A DNA stretch of 64,000 nt, from assembly GCA_964373505.1 (NCBI GenBank), contig CAYJVC010000001.1, forward strand, positions 41,630 to 105,629. Reading direction: 5' to 3'. A program made the position numbers and the translations under genes. The notes beneath the pieces were generated by a model. It had not been told where the DNA came from, ran no database searches, and saw nothing but the letters and a program-made list of their open reading frames with translations. This DNA is from an uncultured Planctomycetia bacterium. GTDB lineage: Bacteria; Omnitrophota; Gorgyraeia; 2-02-FULL-51-18. Positions 37,343 through 46,359 of this stretch are shown here, piece after piece (the stretch's first letter is position 1; each line of letters starts with the position of its first letter).

Positions 37343-37863
37343 TGCTCGAGGATCGCAACATCGTGCTGGTCGGCTTTATGGGGACGGGGAAGACGAGCGT
37401 CGGGAAAGCTCTCGCGAAGAAGCTGAAACGGTGTCTCGTGGACGTGGACCGCAGGATCGAAGAAAAGGAAAAAAGAATGATCCGCGAGATCTTCGAAAAG
37501 GAAGGTGAACCTTACTTCCGGAAATTGGAAGCGGAGGTCATTCGCGAAGTCTGTCGCCAAAGAGGCGTTGTGATCACGACCGGCGGCGGCGCCGTGCTCG
37601 ATCCGGCCAATGTCGCCGCGCTGAGAGAAAGCGGGATCCTCGTGTGTCTGTCTGCGCGACCGGAAACTATTTTTAAACGCGTGAAGAATTCCGAAAAACG
37701 CCCACTGCTTCCGACCGGCGACAAGCTTGCCCAGATCAAAAAGCTTCTGGACGCGCGCGAACCTTTTTATGAAATGGCGGATCACCGGATCCAGACGGAC
37801 GAGCAGTCACCCGAAGAAACGGCCGCGTGCATCATCGGGTTTTTGGGGAGCGCAGGCACGTGA
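37342..37863 (+). CDS. aroK: Shikimate kinase
   Basis: P-loop GFMGTGKTSVG, shikimate-binding ITTGGG. Confidence 0.9.
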   Translation: MLEDRNIVLVGFMGTGKTSVGKALAKKLKRCLVDVDRRIEEKEKRMIREIFEKEGEPYFRKLEAEVIREVCRQRGVVITTGGGAVLDPANVAALRESGILVCLSARPETIFKRVKNSEKRPLLPTGDKLAQIKKLLDAREPFYEMADHRIQTDEQSPEETAACIIGFLGSAGT

Positions 37864-38960
37864 AGGCCGACGAGGAGCTTCGGGAGACCATTGCGCTGAG
37901 TCTGGCTGATAGTTTGGGCCCGGTGGCATTCAAAGCGCTTATTGGAAAATACAAAAAACCTTCACGGATCTTAAAAGCCCGCGGATCGGATCTTCGTAAA
38001 GTGACGGGACTCAAGGATGCGGCCGTGAAAGAGATAAAAGATGCGAAACTGCTCGAAAAGGCCGACCGGGAGATCGAGAAGGCGCTCAAGCAGGATGTGC
38101 ATATAGTCACCTGTTTTGACGAGGCTTATCCGGAAGAGCTGAAAGCAATCTATGACCCGCCGATCGCGTTGTATGTGAAAGGGCGCCTGCCCGACGCGCG
38201 CCTTCCAAAAGTGGCCGTCGTCGGCTCAAGGGTATGTTCGCTTTACGGCAGGGGCATGGCGCACGGCATTTCGGAGACGTTGGCCCATAACGGCGTCGTG
38301 GTGGTGAGCGGCCTGGCGCTCGGGATAGACAGCGCCGCGCATGAGGGAGCTTTGTCGGGGGACGGGATCACGATCGCGGTATTGGGCGGCGGACTTTCGA
38401 AGCTTTATCCACCGGACAATAAGCAATTGGCGGCAAAGATCGTCGAAAAAGGCGCCGTCATTTCCGAATACCCTATGGAAATGGAGCCGCTCAAGCAATA
38501 TTTTCCCAGGAGGAACCGCATCATCAGCGGCCTGTCGTGCGGCGTGCTCGTCGTGGAGGCCAAAGAAAAAAGCGGCGCGTTGATCACCGCGAATCTCGCG
38601 TTGGAAGAAGGGCGCGATGTTTTTGCGGTGCCGGGCAACGCCGATTCGGCCCGTTCGCAGGGCACCAATTCGCTTTTGAAACAAGGCGCAAAGCTTGTCA
38701 CTTCGGCCGCGGACATTTTGGAGGAGCTCGAACTGTCGGCTCGCCGACTGCCGCTGAAAAAGAAGGCGCCGGCGCCCTCGCATCCGGTCAGCGCGGATGA
38801 AGAAACAATCTTGTCCATGGTGGACGGCGACGCGCGGCATGTGGACGACTTGATCGAAGGCATCGGCTGGCCTTCGGCGCGGGTCATCGCCGCGCTTTCG
38901 CTTTTGGAGATCAAGGGGTTGGTTCGGCAACTACCCGGAAAGCATTTTGTTACGGCATGA
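37860..38960 (+). CDS. dprA: DNA-processing protein DprA (Smf), Rossmann-like DNA-binding domain + C-terminal wHTH
   Basis: SGLALGIDSAAHEGAL core. Probable GTG start overlapping aroK stop (GTGA). Stop overlaps next ATG (ATGA). Confidence 0.85.
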   Translation: MKADEELRETIALSLADSLGPVAFKALIGKYKKPSRILKARGSDLRKVTGLKDAAVKEIKDAKLLEKADREIEKALKQDVHIVTCFDEAYPEELKAIYDPPIALYVKGRLPDARLPKVAVVGSRVCSLYGRGMAHGISETLAHNGVVVVSGLALGIDSAAHEGALSGDGITIAVLGGGLSKLYPPDNKQLAAKIVEKGAVISEYPMEMEPLKQYFPRRNRIISGLSCGVLVVEAKEKSGALITANLALEEGRDVFAVPGNADSARSQGTNSLLKQGAKLVTSAADILEELELSARRLPLKKKAPAPSHPVSADEETILSMVDGDARHVDDLIEGIGWPSARVIAALSLLEIKGLVRQLPGKHFVTA

Positions 38961-39157
38961 TCACGATACGGCTTAACGGAGAGAAGAAGACGCTGGAAAG
39001 GACGCTCACGCTTGCCGAGCTTCTTTCGGAAATGGGTGTGCCGAAAGAAAAGGTGGTCGTCGAGCGAAACCTCGAGATCATACCGAGGGATCGCCTCGAA
39101 GCCGTTTGCTTGGCGGAAGCGGACGAGGTGGAGATCGTTCATTTCGTCGGCGGCGGT
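38957..39157 (+). other. thiS: ThiS-type sulfur-carrier (beta-grasp, ubiquitin-like) domain forming the N-terminus of the topA ORF
   Basis: MITIRLNGEKKTL...VVVERNLEIIPRDRLEAVCLAEADEVEIVHFVGGG: canonical ThiS length and C-terminal GG(G). No stop codon follows. Confidence 0.85.
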
Positions 39158-41200
39158 GCGGGGGAAAAAGTACTCGTCATCGTGGAATCGCCCGCCAAGT
39201 GCAAGACCATTCACAAATACCTGGGCGACAGTTTTGAAGTGGCCGCCTCGATGGGCCATGTCGTGGACCTGCCTAGAAGCAGGATGGGTATTGACATCGC
39301 GCATAATTTCCAGCCGCAGTACATCGTCGCAAAGGACCGTAAGAAAACCCTGGCGGAATTGAAGAGGAAGGCAAAAGGCAAGAGCGCGATCTACCTGGCC
39401 TGCGACCCTGACCGCGAGGGGGAGGCCATCAGCTGGCATCTAAAGAACCAGCTTGGGAAAGGCAAGAAAGTCGTGCGCGTCGTATTCAATGAGATAACCA
39501 AAGACGCGGTGCAGGAGGCTTTCAAGCACCCTTCCGGCATTGACATGAATCTCGTGGGCGCGCAGCAGGCGCGCCGGGTGTTGGACCGCATTGTCGGCTA
39601 TTCTCTAAGCCCGCTTTTGTGGCAAAAGGTCGGCCGCGGCCTTTCGGCGGGCCGCGTGCAATCCGTGGCGCTTCGTCTCGTCGTTGACCAGGAGCGTAAG
39701 ATCGGGTCATTCGTGGCCGAGGAGTACTGGACGGTTGAGGCCGGGCTTAAGAAGCAGAAAGGCGACACGAAGCCGTTTGTTGCGAAGCTTGAAAAGATCG
39801 GGGACAAAAAGGCCCAGATCCAGGACGGTAAAACCGCCTCTTGGGTCGCCGAGAAAGCCGCAAAGCTTCCGTTCGTCGTCCGGGAAGTCAAAAAGCAAAA
39901 GAAAAAAAGGAACCCCACTCCTCCGTTCACGACCAGCAAACTCCAGCAGGCCGCTTACAATCTTTTAAAGTTCCCAGCCTCCAAGACGATGCGGATCGCG
40001 CAGACGCTTTACGAAGGGGTTGAGTTGGGGAGAGAGGGAAGCGTGGGCCTGATTACCTACATGAGGACCGACTCGGTAAGGTTGTCGGATGTGGCCATTG
40101 AAGAGACGCGCGGGCTTATTGTGAAGCAATATGGGAAGAGCTACCTGCCGCCCCGGCCTAATATTTACAAGTCCAAGAAAGGCGCGCAGCAGGCGCACGA
40201 AGCGATCCGTCCGACCTCGGTGTTCCGCCAGCCGAAGGAGATTGAAAAATACCTGACGCCGGACCAGAATAAATTGTATGCGATCATCTGGCGGCAGGCA
40301 GTTGCCAGCCAAATGACGCCGGCCGTCATCGCGCAAGAGACGGCGGACATCGCCGCAGGCGAGTACTTGTTTCGCGCGACGGGCAGCCGCGTGGAATTTC
40401 CCGGGTGCCTGGCAGTCCAGGGGAAGACGGAGAGCGAGGAGAATGTTCTGCCGAGCCTTTTGCCTGACGAAAAACTCACGCTTTTAGGTTTGAAACACGA
40501 GCAGCATTTTACAAAACCGCCTGCCCGATTTACGGACGCGTCGCTCGTGAAAGCACTTGAAGAAAATGGGATCGGTCGGCCTTCCACCTACGCGCCGACC
40601 CTCCAGACCTTGACCGAGCGGGATTACGTCCGACGCGACGGCGGGAGCCTCGTACCTACGGAGCTTGGCATGCTGGTGACGGACCTTCTTGTGAAGCATT
40701 TTTCAAAAATTCTAGACTTTGAGTTCACGGCCAAAATGGAGGAGGAACTTGACGAAGTGGAAGAGGGCCAGACGGATTGGGTGAGCGTGGTGAGGGAATT
40801 CTACGGCGTGTTCAACGGCCAAATGGACCTTGCGAAGGTCCAAATGGAAACCGTGAAGCGTGTGGCCGAACCCACGGATGAAATCTGCGACCACTGCGGC
40901 AAACCCATGGTGATCAAGTGGGGACGCCGCGGGCGGTTCATGAGTTGTTCGAGCTGGCCGACCTGCCGGAACGCAAAATCCATTTCCACGGATGTGGTAT
41001 GCCCTCAGTGTGGCAAGGGAAAGCTTGTGGCGCGCCGCGCTCGCTCGGGGCGCGGCCGGCCTTTTTTTGGATGCACGGCTTACCCGACGTGCACATTCAT
41101 CACAAACCGCTTGCCTAAAGACGGCGCGCTGCAGACGGCACCCAAAAACCCCGCGGAAGCTGAGGCGGAGCCTTCCGAGACGGAGGGAGAAGGTCAGTGA
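38957..41200 (+). CDS. topA: DNA topoisomerase I with in-frame N-terminal ThiS-like domain (ThiS-TopA fusion ORF)
   Basis: After ThiS GGG and a 4-aa AGEK linker comes the Toprim start KVLVIVESPAKCKTI. Continues through full TopA core and C-terminal Zn-ribbon repeats (CDHCG..C..C, CPQCG..C..C). Confidence 0.9.
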   Translation: MITIRLNGEKKTLERTLTLAELLSEMGVPKEKVVVERNLEIIPRDRLEAVCLAEADEVEIVHFVGGGAGEKVLVIVESPAKCKTIHKYLGDSFEVAASMGHVVDLPRSRMGIDIAHNFQPQYIVAKDRKKTLAELKRKAKGKSAIYLACDPDREGEAISWHLKNQLGKGKKVVRVVFNEITKDAVQEAFKHPSGIDMNLVGAQQARRVLDRIVGYSLSPLLWQKVGRGLSAGRVQSVALRLVVDQERKIGSFVAEEYWTVEAGLKKQKGDTKPFVAKLEKIGDKKAQIQDGKTASWVAEKAAKLPFVVREVKKQKKKRNPTPPFTTSKLQQAAYNLLKFPASKTMRIAQTLYEGVELGREGSVGLITYMRTDSVRLSDVAIEETRGLIVKQYGKSYLPPRPNIYKSKKGAQQAHEAIRPTSVFRQPKEIEKYLTPDQNKLYAIIWRQAVASQMTPAVIAQETADIAAGEYLFRATGSRVEFPGCLAVQGKTESEENVLPSLLPDEKLTLLGLKHEQHFTKPPARFTDASLVKALEENGIGRPSTYAPTLQTLTERDYVRRDGGSLVPTELGMLVTDLLVKHFSKILDFEFTAKMEEELDEVEEGQTDWVSVVREFYGVFNGQMDLAKVQMETVKRVAEPTDEICDHCGKPMVIKWGRRGRFMSCSSWPTCRNAKSISTDVVCPQCGKGKLVARRARSGRGRPFFGCTAYPTCTFITNRLPKDGALQTAPKNPAEAEAEPSETEGEGQ

Positions 41201-42081
41201 TGAGCAGTTCCGTTAAAAAATTTTTGACCTACCTCAGTGTTGAAAGGAATTATTCCGAACACACGGTAACCGGTTATTCGCACGATCTGCGCGAGTTTTA
41301 CGGCTTCTTGGGCAAGACCGCGCTCGAGGATGCGGACGTGCTTTTATTAAGAAAGTACTTGGTGATCCTCAGGGACAAGAGCCTTTCGAAAAAGACCGTC
41401 GCGCGGCACATGGCAGCGCTCAGGAGTTACTTTAAATTTCTCATGAGAGAAGGATTGTTAAAAAAAAATCCCATGGGCCTTTTAAGGATCCCGAAACTCG
41501 CCAAGCGCCTGCCGGTGGTGCTGGATGAGAAAGAGGTGGATGCGCTTTTAGGCGCGCCTGAGGATGACCTTGCGGGCCGTCGTGACAGAGCGATCTTCGA
41601 AACGCTTTATTCGGCGGGAATGCGCGTATCCGAGCTTGTGCAGCTCGATGTGGACGGCGTCGATTTTATCGGGGGGGTGTGCCGCGTGCTTGGAAAGGGC
41701 CGCAAAGAGCGGCTTTGCCCCATCGGCGAACAGGCACTCACGAGCATTCGCCGCTACTTGGAGCTGAGGGATCGCCAGGAAAGAAGCAAGTCCCCCGCTT
41801 TGTTCCTGAATCATTCGTCGAATAGATCCGGCTCGCGGCTCACGTCCCGCAGTGTGTGCCGGCTCCTGGAAAGATACATTCAGCGTACCTGCCGCAAGGA
41901 AGGGGTGTCGCCGCACACGCTTCGTCATTCATTCGCGACACACCTTTTGAACCGCGGAGCGGACCTGCGGTCCGTGCAGGAGCTTTTGGGACATGAAAAT
42001 CTGTCAACGACCCAGATCTACACGCACGTTTCGACACAACGTCTGAAAGAGGCTTATGACAAAGCGCATCCGAGAGCGTGA
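41197..42081 (+). CDS. xerC: Tyrosine site-specific recombinase XerC/XerD family
   Basis: N-terminal SAM-like core-binding domain. Catalytic R..HxxR..Y (HTLRHSFATHLL, ...TQIYTHV). dprA-topA-xerC synteny. Confidence 0.8.
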   Translation: MMSSSVKKFLTYLSVERNYSEHTVTGYSHDLREFYGFLGKTALEDADVLLLRKYLVILRDKSLSKKTVARHMAALRSYFKFLMREGLLKKNPMGLLRIPKLAKRLPVVLDEKEVDALLGAPEDDLAGRRDRAIFETLYSAGMRVSELVQLDVDGVDFIGGVCRVLGKGRKERLCPIGEQALTSIRRYLELRDRQERSKSPALFLNHSSNRSGSRLTSRSVCRLLERYIQRTCRKEGVSPHTLRHSFATHLLNRGADLRSVQELLGHENLSTTQIYTHVSTQRLKEAYDKAHPRA

Positions 42082-42133
42082 CGGCATTCGCGGGTCCTGC
42101 CGCTGCGGCAGGTCGCCGTCACCCGCGAATGCC
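42078..42133 (+). repeat. Nested palindromic intergenic element (family 2) between xerC and waaA: outer arms GGCATTCGCGGGT / ACCCGCGAATGCC, inner hairpin CCTGCCGCtGCGGCAGG, alternative pairing GTGACGGC/GCCGTCAC
   Basis: Perfect 13-bp outer arms (42083-42095 vs 42121-42133). Perfect 8-bp inner stem (42096-42112). Left arm shares TTCRCGGGT core with the ilvC-leuA element. Confidence 0.75.
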
Positions 42134-42147
42134 ACCGGGCCATCCGT

Positions 42148-43452
42148 ATGAGAATGATATATAGTTTTTGTCTTGCAGTTTTTTCAATTTTTTATTTGCC
42201 GGTTTATTTGTTGAAAGGCAAACACAAAAACGGTTTTATGTCGCTTTTCGGGTTTGTTCCCGAAGAAACTCGAAGGGCGCTGCGAGGGCGTCGCGTGATC
42301 TGGGTGCACGGCGTATCCGTCGGGGAAGTGGTCCAGGCGTTCCGTTTGGTCCGGTCGCTCAAGAAAAGGCTGCCCTCCGCGAGGTTTTTGGTGACAACCA
42401 CGACCCTCGCAGGAAAAGAGGTGGCTTTGAAACTCAGATCCGCGGAGGACCGAGTACTCACTTTCCCGGCGGATTTCGTAGGCAGCATGCGCCGGTTCCT
42501 CCAAAGCGTCGAACCGGCCGCTTTGGTGCTCGTAGAGACTGAAATATGGCCGAATCTTTTGTCGGAGGTTTCCAAACAACGCATTCCGGCCTTCATCGTG
42601 AACGGCCGGATCTCAGACAAGACCGTTTCAAAATACCGGAACGTACGATTTTTTCTCGGGCCGATCCTCAACCGCCTTCAGGCGATCGGCACGCAGGACG
42701 ACCTGATGAGAGAGCGTTTTGTGGGCTTGGGTGCGGATCCGCGGATCGTTTCAGTGACCGGGAACATGAAATTCGACTGGCAGCCTGGTTTGTCCGACGC
42801 GGGGCTCCTAGGCTCGCTCCAAACAGCGCTTCACCCGGCCGGCAGCTTTCTTTTGGTCGCGGGCAGCACTCACGAGGGCGAGGAGGGGATTCTTTTCGAG
42901 GTTTACCGACGAGTGATCGGGAGGCATAAAAACTTTAGACTTTTCATTGCTCCCAGACATTTGGACCGTATGGATTCGATCGAACGGCAGGCTTCCGAAA
43001 GCGGCCTGACAGTTATCCGGATCTCACAATTTCGCCGCGAAGGGCGCCAGGCGCTGTCGACGGACGGCCGGATCGTTTTCTTGCTGGACTCGATGGGGGC
43101 GCTCGCCGATTTCTACCGCGATGCGGACGCTGTTTTTGTCGGTGGGAGCCTTGTGCCGACCGGCGGCCATAATCTGGCGGAGCCGGCGTACTTTGAAAAG
43201 CCCGTTCTTTTCGGCCCCCATATGGAAAATTTCAGCCAGATGGCCGCGGAATTCAAGAAAAATTCCGCCGGAATTGAAGTGAAAAATGCCAAAGAACTGG
43301 GGGCGCGTATCGAGGAGCTCATCGAACACCGGGATAAGGGCCGTCTGTTGGGGCAAAAGGCCAGGGAGCTGGTGTCGCGCCATCAGGGCGCCACGGAGCG
43401 GAATGTGAGCGTGCTTTTAGATAATCTGTCGAGTGCGGGGGTGAAGCTGTGA
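42148..43452 (+). CDS. waaA: 3-deoxy-D-manno-octulosonic acid (Kdo) transferase
   Basis: N-terminal anchor, WVHGVSVGE motif, GT-B fold C-terminal domain (GGSLVPTGGHNLAEPA). Confidence 0.85.
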   Translation: MRMIYSFCLAVFSIFYLPVYLLKGKHKNGFMSLFGFVPEETRRALRGRRVIWVHGVSVGEVVQAFRLVRSLKKRLPSARFLVTTTTLAGKEVALKLRSAEDRVLTFPADFVGSMRRFLQSVEPAALVLVETEIWPNLLSEVSKQRIPAFIVNGRISDKTVSKYRNVRFFLGPILNRLQAIGTQDDLMRERFVGLGADPRIVSVTGNMKFDWQPGLSDAGLLGSLQTALHPAGSFLLVAGSTHEGEEGILFEVYRRVIGRHKNFRLFIAPRHLDRMDSIERQASESGLTVIRISQFRREGRQALSTDGRIVFLLDSMGALADFYRDADAVFVGGSLVPTGGHNLAEPAYFEKPVLFGPHMENFSQMAAEFKKNSAGIEVKNAKELGARIEELIEHRDKGRLLGQKARELVSRHQGATERNVSVLLDNLSSAGVKL

Positions 43453-44429
43453 AAAAGTTTATAGGGAATTTCCTTATGTCGGTTTACAAAGCGGGCCTGC
43501 TTTTCAGCCAGCGCAGCTACCGTTCTTCGCCCTCCCGTGTGAAAAGGGTGAATGCGCGCGTGATCAGCGTCGGCAACATCACCTGGGGCGGCACCGGCAA
43601 AACGCCTTTGGTGGCGATGCTGTCTCGAGCGCTTCTGGAGAGCGGCAATAAAGTCGCGATCTTGACGCGCGGTTACGGGAAAGATGAGGTGGAAGAGCTT
43701 CGGAAGAAACTGCCCGACGTTCCGATCGTTGTGGGCCGCGATCGCATTAAGACCGCGCAGGAAGCGATCCACAAGCACGGCGCTGGTTTTTTGATCTTGG
43801 ACGACGGTTTTCAGCATATTCGTCTTCACCGCGACGTGGACGTCGTGAATATCAATTCCACCCTGCCATTCGGCCCGGGAGGGTTGATCCCGGTAGGCAC
43901 TTTAAGAGAACCGATCGAGCATCTGGCACGCGGGCATATCTTTGTGCTTGCCAAAAGCGATATCGGCTCCAAAAATGTACACTGGATCCGTCAGAGGCTG
44001 TTGGCGGTCAAACCCGATGCCGTGATCTTTGAGGCCAGGCACCGCCCCGTCGGGCTTTGGGATTTTAAAAGGAACCGGGAGGTCCCGCTCCAGGAGCTCC
44101 AGGGCAAAAAAGTCGCCGCGATCTCCGGAATAGGCGATCCCTATTCCTTTGAAAAGACGCTCGAAAATTTGGGGGCCAATATCGTGTTTGCCGCGCGCTT
44201 CGATGACCACCACGCGTACACGGAATCGGAACTCAAAGATTTTGCCGCGCGTTGCCGGGAGCTCGACTTGAGAGAAGTGATCACCACCGAGAAGGATTTT
44301 TTCAGGCTTCAAGCCCTTCTTACGAGAAAAAAGAGCGAGAACGACCCGCCGCTTAATTTCAACGTGTTACGGATAGAATTTGAGATGAACGATGAAGAAG
44401 ATTTTATTAGAAGATGCATTAATCCTTAG
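43449..44429 (+). CDS. lpxK: Tetraacyldisaccharide 4'-kinase
   Basis: P-loop GNITWGGTGKTP, 326 aa. Confidence 0.85.
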   Translation: MKKFIGNFLMSVYKAGLLFSQRSYRSSPSRVKRVNARVISVGNITWGGTGKTPLVAMLSRALLESGNKVAILTRGYGKDEVEELRKKLPDVPIVVGRDRIKTAQEAIHKHGAGFLILDDGFQHIRLHRDVDVVNINSTLPFGPGGLIPVGTLREPIEHLARGHIFVLAKSDIGSKNVHWIRQRLLAVKPDAVIFEARHRPVGLWDFKRNREVPLQELQGKKVAAISGIGDPYSFEKTLENLGANIVFAARFDDHHAYTESELKDFAARCRELDLREVITTEKDFFRLQALLTRKKSENDPPLNFNVLRIEFEMNDEEDFIRRCINP

Positions 44430-46359
44430 CGCGGCCAAAGTCGCGCGGTGGATCGTTCACCGGCTTCCACTGAAGCAGTCCTTGTTTCTGGCCCGCGTGA
44501 TCGGCCGAGTGATCTATGCTTTCAACAAACGTAAGCGAGTGGCCTATCAGAATTTAAGGGCGGCGTTCGCGGGCGAGAAGTCCCCGTCCGAGCTTAAGGC
44601 AATCTCAAAAAAGTCGTTTGAGAATCTCGTGATGGCGATCGCGGAGTTCCTGCGCGTGCCGGACATGGACCGCGCCTATTTGGACAAGCACGTGCGCTTC
44701 ATGGGACTTGAGAAATTCCGAAGCCGCTTGCAAGAGAAAAAGGGTCTTATTTTTCTGGCTGCGCACTTTGGGAACTGGGAGCTATTGAGTGTCGCGGGCA
44801 GCATCCTGGGATTTCCAATGGTCGCGCTTGCGCGGGTCCAAAAACATCCGCGATCCGACGCGTTCCTAAATTCCTTAAGGACATGCAAAGGCGCCTCCGT
44901 GATCCACAAGGGCATGCCGCTGCGGGAGATCCTGCGGTCGCTTAAAGACGGCAAGATTGTCGGGATCTTAAGCGACCAGGACGGCGGGCGGAGCGGCACT
45001 TTCGTGAAGTTCTTTAGTCGCTGGTCGTCGACACCGGGAGGCGTGTCGACATTTGCGATGCGCACGGGCTCGCCTATTTTCCCGGTGTTCATGTTCCGCG
45101 AAGGGATCACCGAGCATCGTGTGGAGGTAGAAGGGCCTCTCCAGATGCCGGCCGAGAACTTGAGTCATGAAAAATGCGAGAAAATGGTCCTGCAGCAATT
45201 TGCGGACCTGCTTGAAAAAAAGATCCGGAAAAGCCCTGAGCAATGGCTTTGGGCGCATCGCCGCTGGAAGTCGACTCCGGACCGCTCGGTGATCCTCTTA
45301 AGCGACAAAAAGCAAGGACACCTGAACCAGTCGTTGGCCGTGTTAGAGGCGATCAGGAAGGAGCGTGCCACAAAAGGCTGCGGGCCGGAACATACGCGCT
45401 CCCAAATCCTCGAGGTCCAATACCAAAACCCACGGCGCGAGAAGCTGTTCAGGGCCCTGGCCATTTTATTTTCCGGGCATATTCCCTTTAAATCAAAGAT
45501 ACTCCGGTGGGTGTTGTCGGACCCTACCTACGCCGCGGTCACCCGCACTTATGCGGACATCGTGATCTCCTGCGGCTCGTCACTCTCCGCGCTGAATCTA
45601 CTCGTTAAAGATCTGAACGTTGCCAAATCCGTCGTGATCATGAAACCTCCTTTTTCAACGAAACGTTTTGATCTGGTGATCGCTCCCGGGCATGACCGCT
45701 TAAAGCCGTCCGGCAATGTGTTTGTCACCCGCACAAGTCCTTCACTCGTTTCGGAAGGATACCTGAAAGAGCGGGCCGAATATTTTGCTAAGAGCCTGGA
45801 GGAGCTCAACGGTTCCAAGCGCATTGGTCTTCTCGTAGGCGGCGACACAGAGCGCCTGAAATTTTCAAAAGAGTATTTGGAAAAATTCTTGGAACGTCTG
45901 GGCCGTTTCGGCGCCGAGTCCGGCGCTCTCATCTTAGCGACTTCCTCGAGGCGCACGCCGGCCTGGGCGGCCCAGCTCATGAAAGAATTGTTCAAGGACC
46001 GTAAGCGATGTCCGCTTCTTGTGATCGCGAACGAATCCAATGCCGACGGGGTTGTCGGCGGCATTTTGGGCTTATCCGATGCGGTCGTGGTTTCCGGCGA
46101 GTCGATATCCATGGTGTCGGAAGCGGTCTCTTCGGGGAAACCCGTACTCGTATTCATGCCTTCGGACCGGACGCGTGTAAAGCCTAAACACGAGGACTTT
46201 TTGAGACGCCTGGAGAAGGAAAGATTGATCGTGCGGGCCGGCCCGGACAATATTTCGGGGGCCTTGGAGAACTCCCTGAGCCGACCGGAGCGCGCGACCC
46301 CGGTGTTCTCGGGGGATCTGGATGTGTTGAGTGAAGCGGTGAAAAAGGTGGCGGGATGA
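44392..46359 (+). CDS. Bi-domain protein: lipid A late acyltransferase (LpxL/HtrB family) fused to an ELM1/DUF1022-like domain
   Basis: N-terminal ~290 aa LPLAT acyltransferase (HFGNWE catalytic HX4D-like), C-terminal ~350 aa ELM1-like putative nucleotide-sugar transferase (GHLNQS..., VIMKPP). Confidence 0.65.
   Translation: MKKILLEDALILSAAKVARWIVHRLPLKQSLFLARVIGRVIYAFNKRKRVAYQNLRAAFAGEKSPSELKAISKKSFENLVMAIAEFLRVPDMDRAYLDKHVRFMGLEKFRSRLQEKKGLIFLAAHFGNWELLSVAGSILGFPMVALARVQKHPRSDAFLNSLRTCKGASVIHKGMPLREILRSLKDGKIVGILSDQDGGRSGTFVKFFSRWSSTPGGVSTFAMRTGSPIFPVFMFREGITEHRVEVEGPLQMPAENLSHEKCEKMVLQQFADLLEKKIRKSPEQWLWAHRRWKSTPDRSVILLSDKKQGHLNQSLAVLEAIRKERATKGCGPEHTRSQILEVQYQNPRREKLFRALAILFSGHIPFKSKILRWVLSDPTYAAVTRTYADIVISCGSSLSALNLLVKDLNVAKSVVIMKPPFSTKRFDLVIAPGHDRLKPSGNVFVTRTSPSLVSEGYLKERAEYFAKSLEELNGSKRIGLLVGGDTERLKFSKEYLEKFLERLGRFGAESGALILATSSRRTPAWAAQLMKELFKDRKRCPLLVIANESNADGVVGGILGLSDAVVVSGESISMVSEAVSSGKPVLVFMPSDRTRVKPKHEDFLRRLEKERLIVRAGPDNISGALENSLSRPERATPVFSGDLDVLSEAVKKVAG

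Noticed and set aside
38957-39200. ThiS-TopA junction as a simple sequencing frameshift
   Set aside because: ThiS and TopA are in the same reading frame with no stop and no internal start, so a single indel cannot separate them. A point substitution that destroyed a stop codon, or a two-error artefact, remains possible and is listed as a check.
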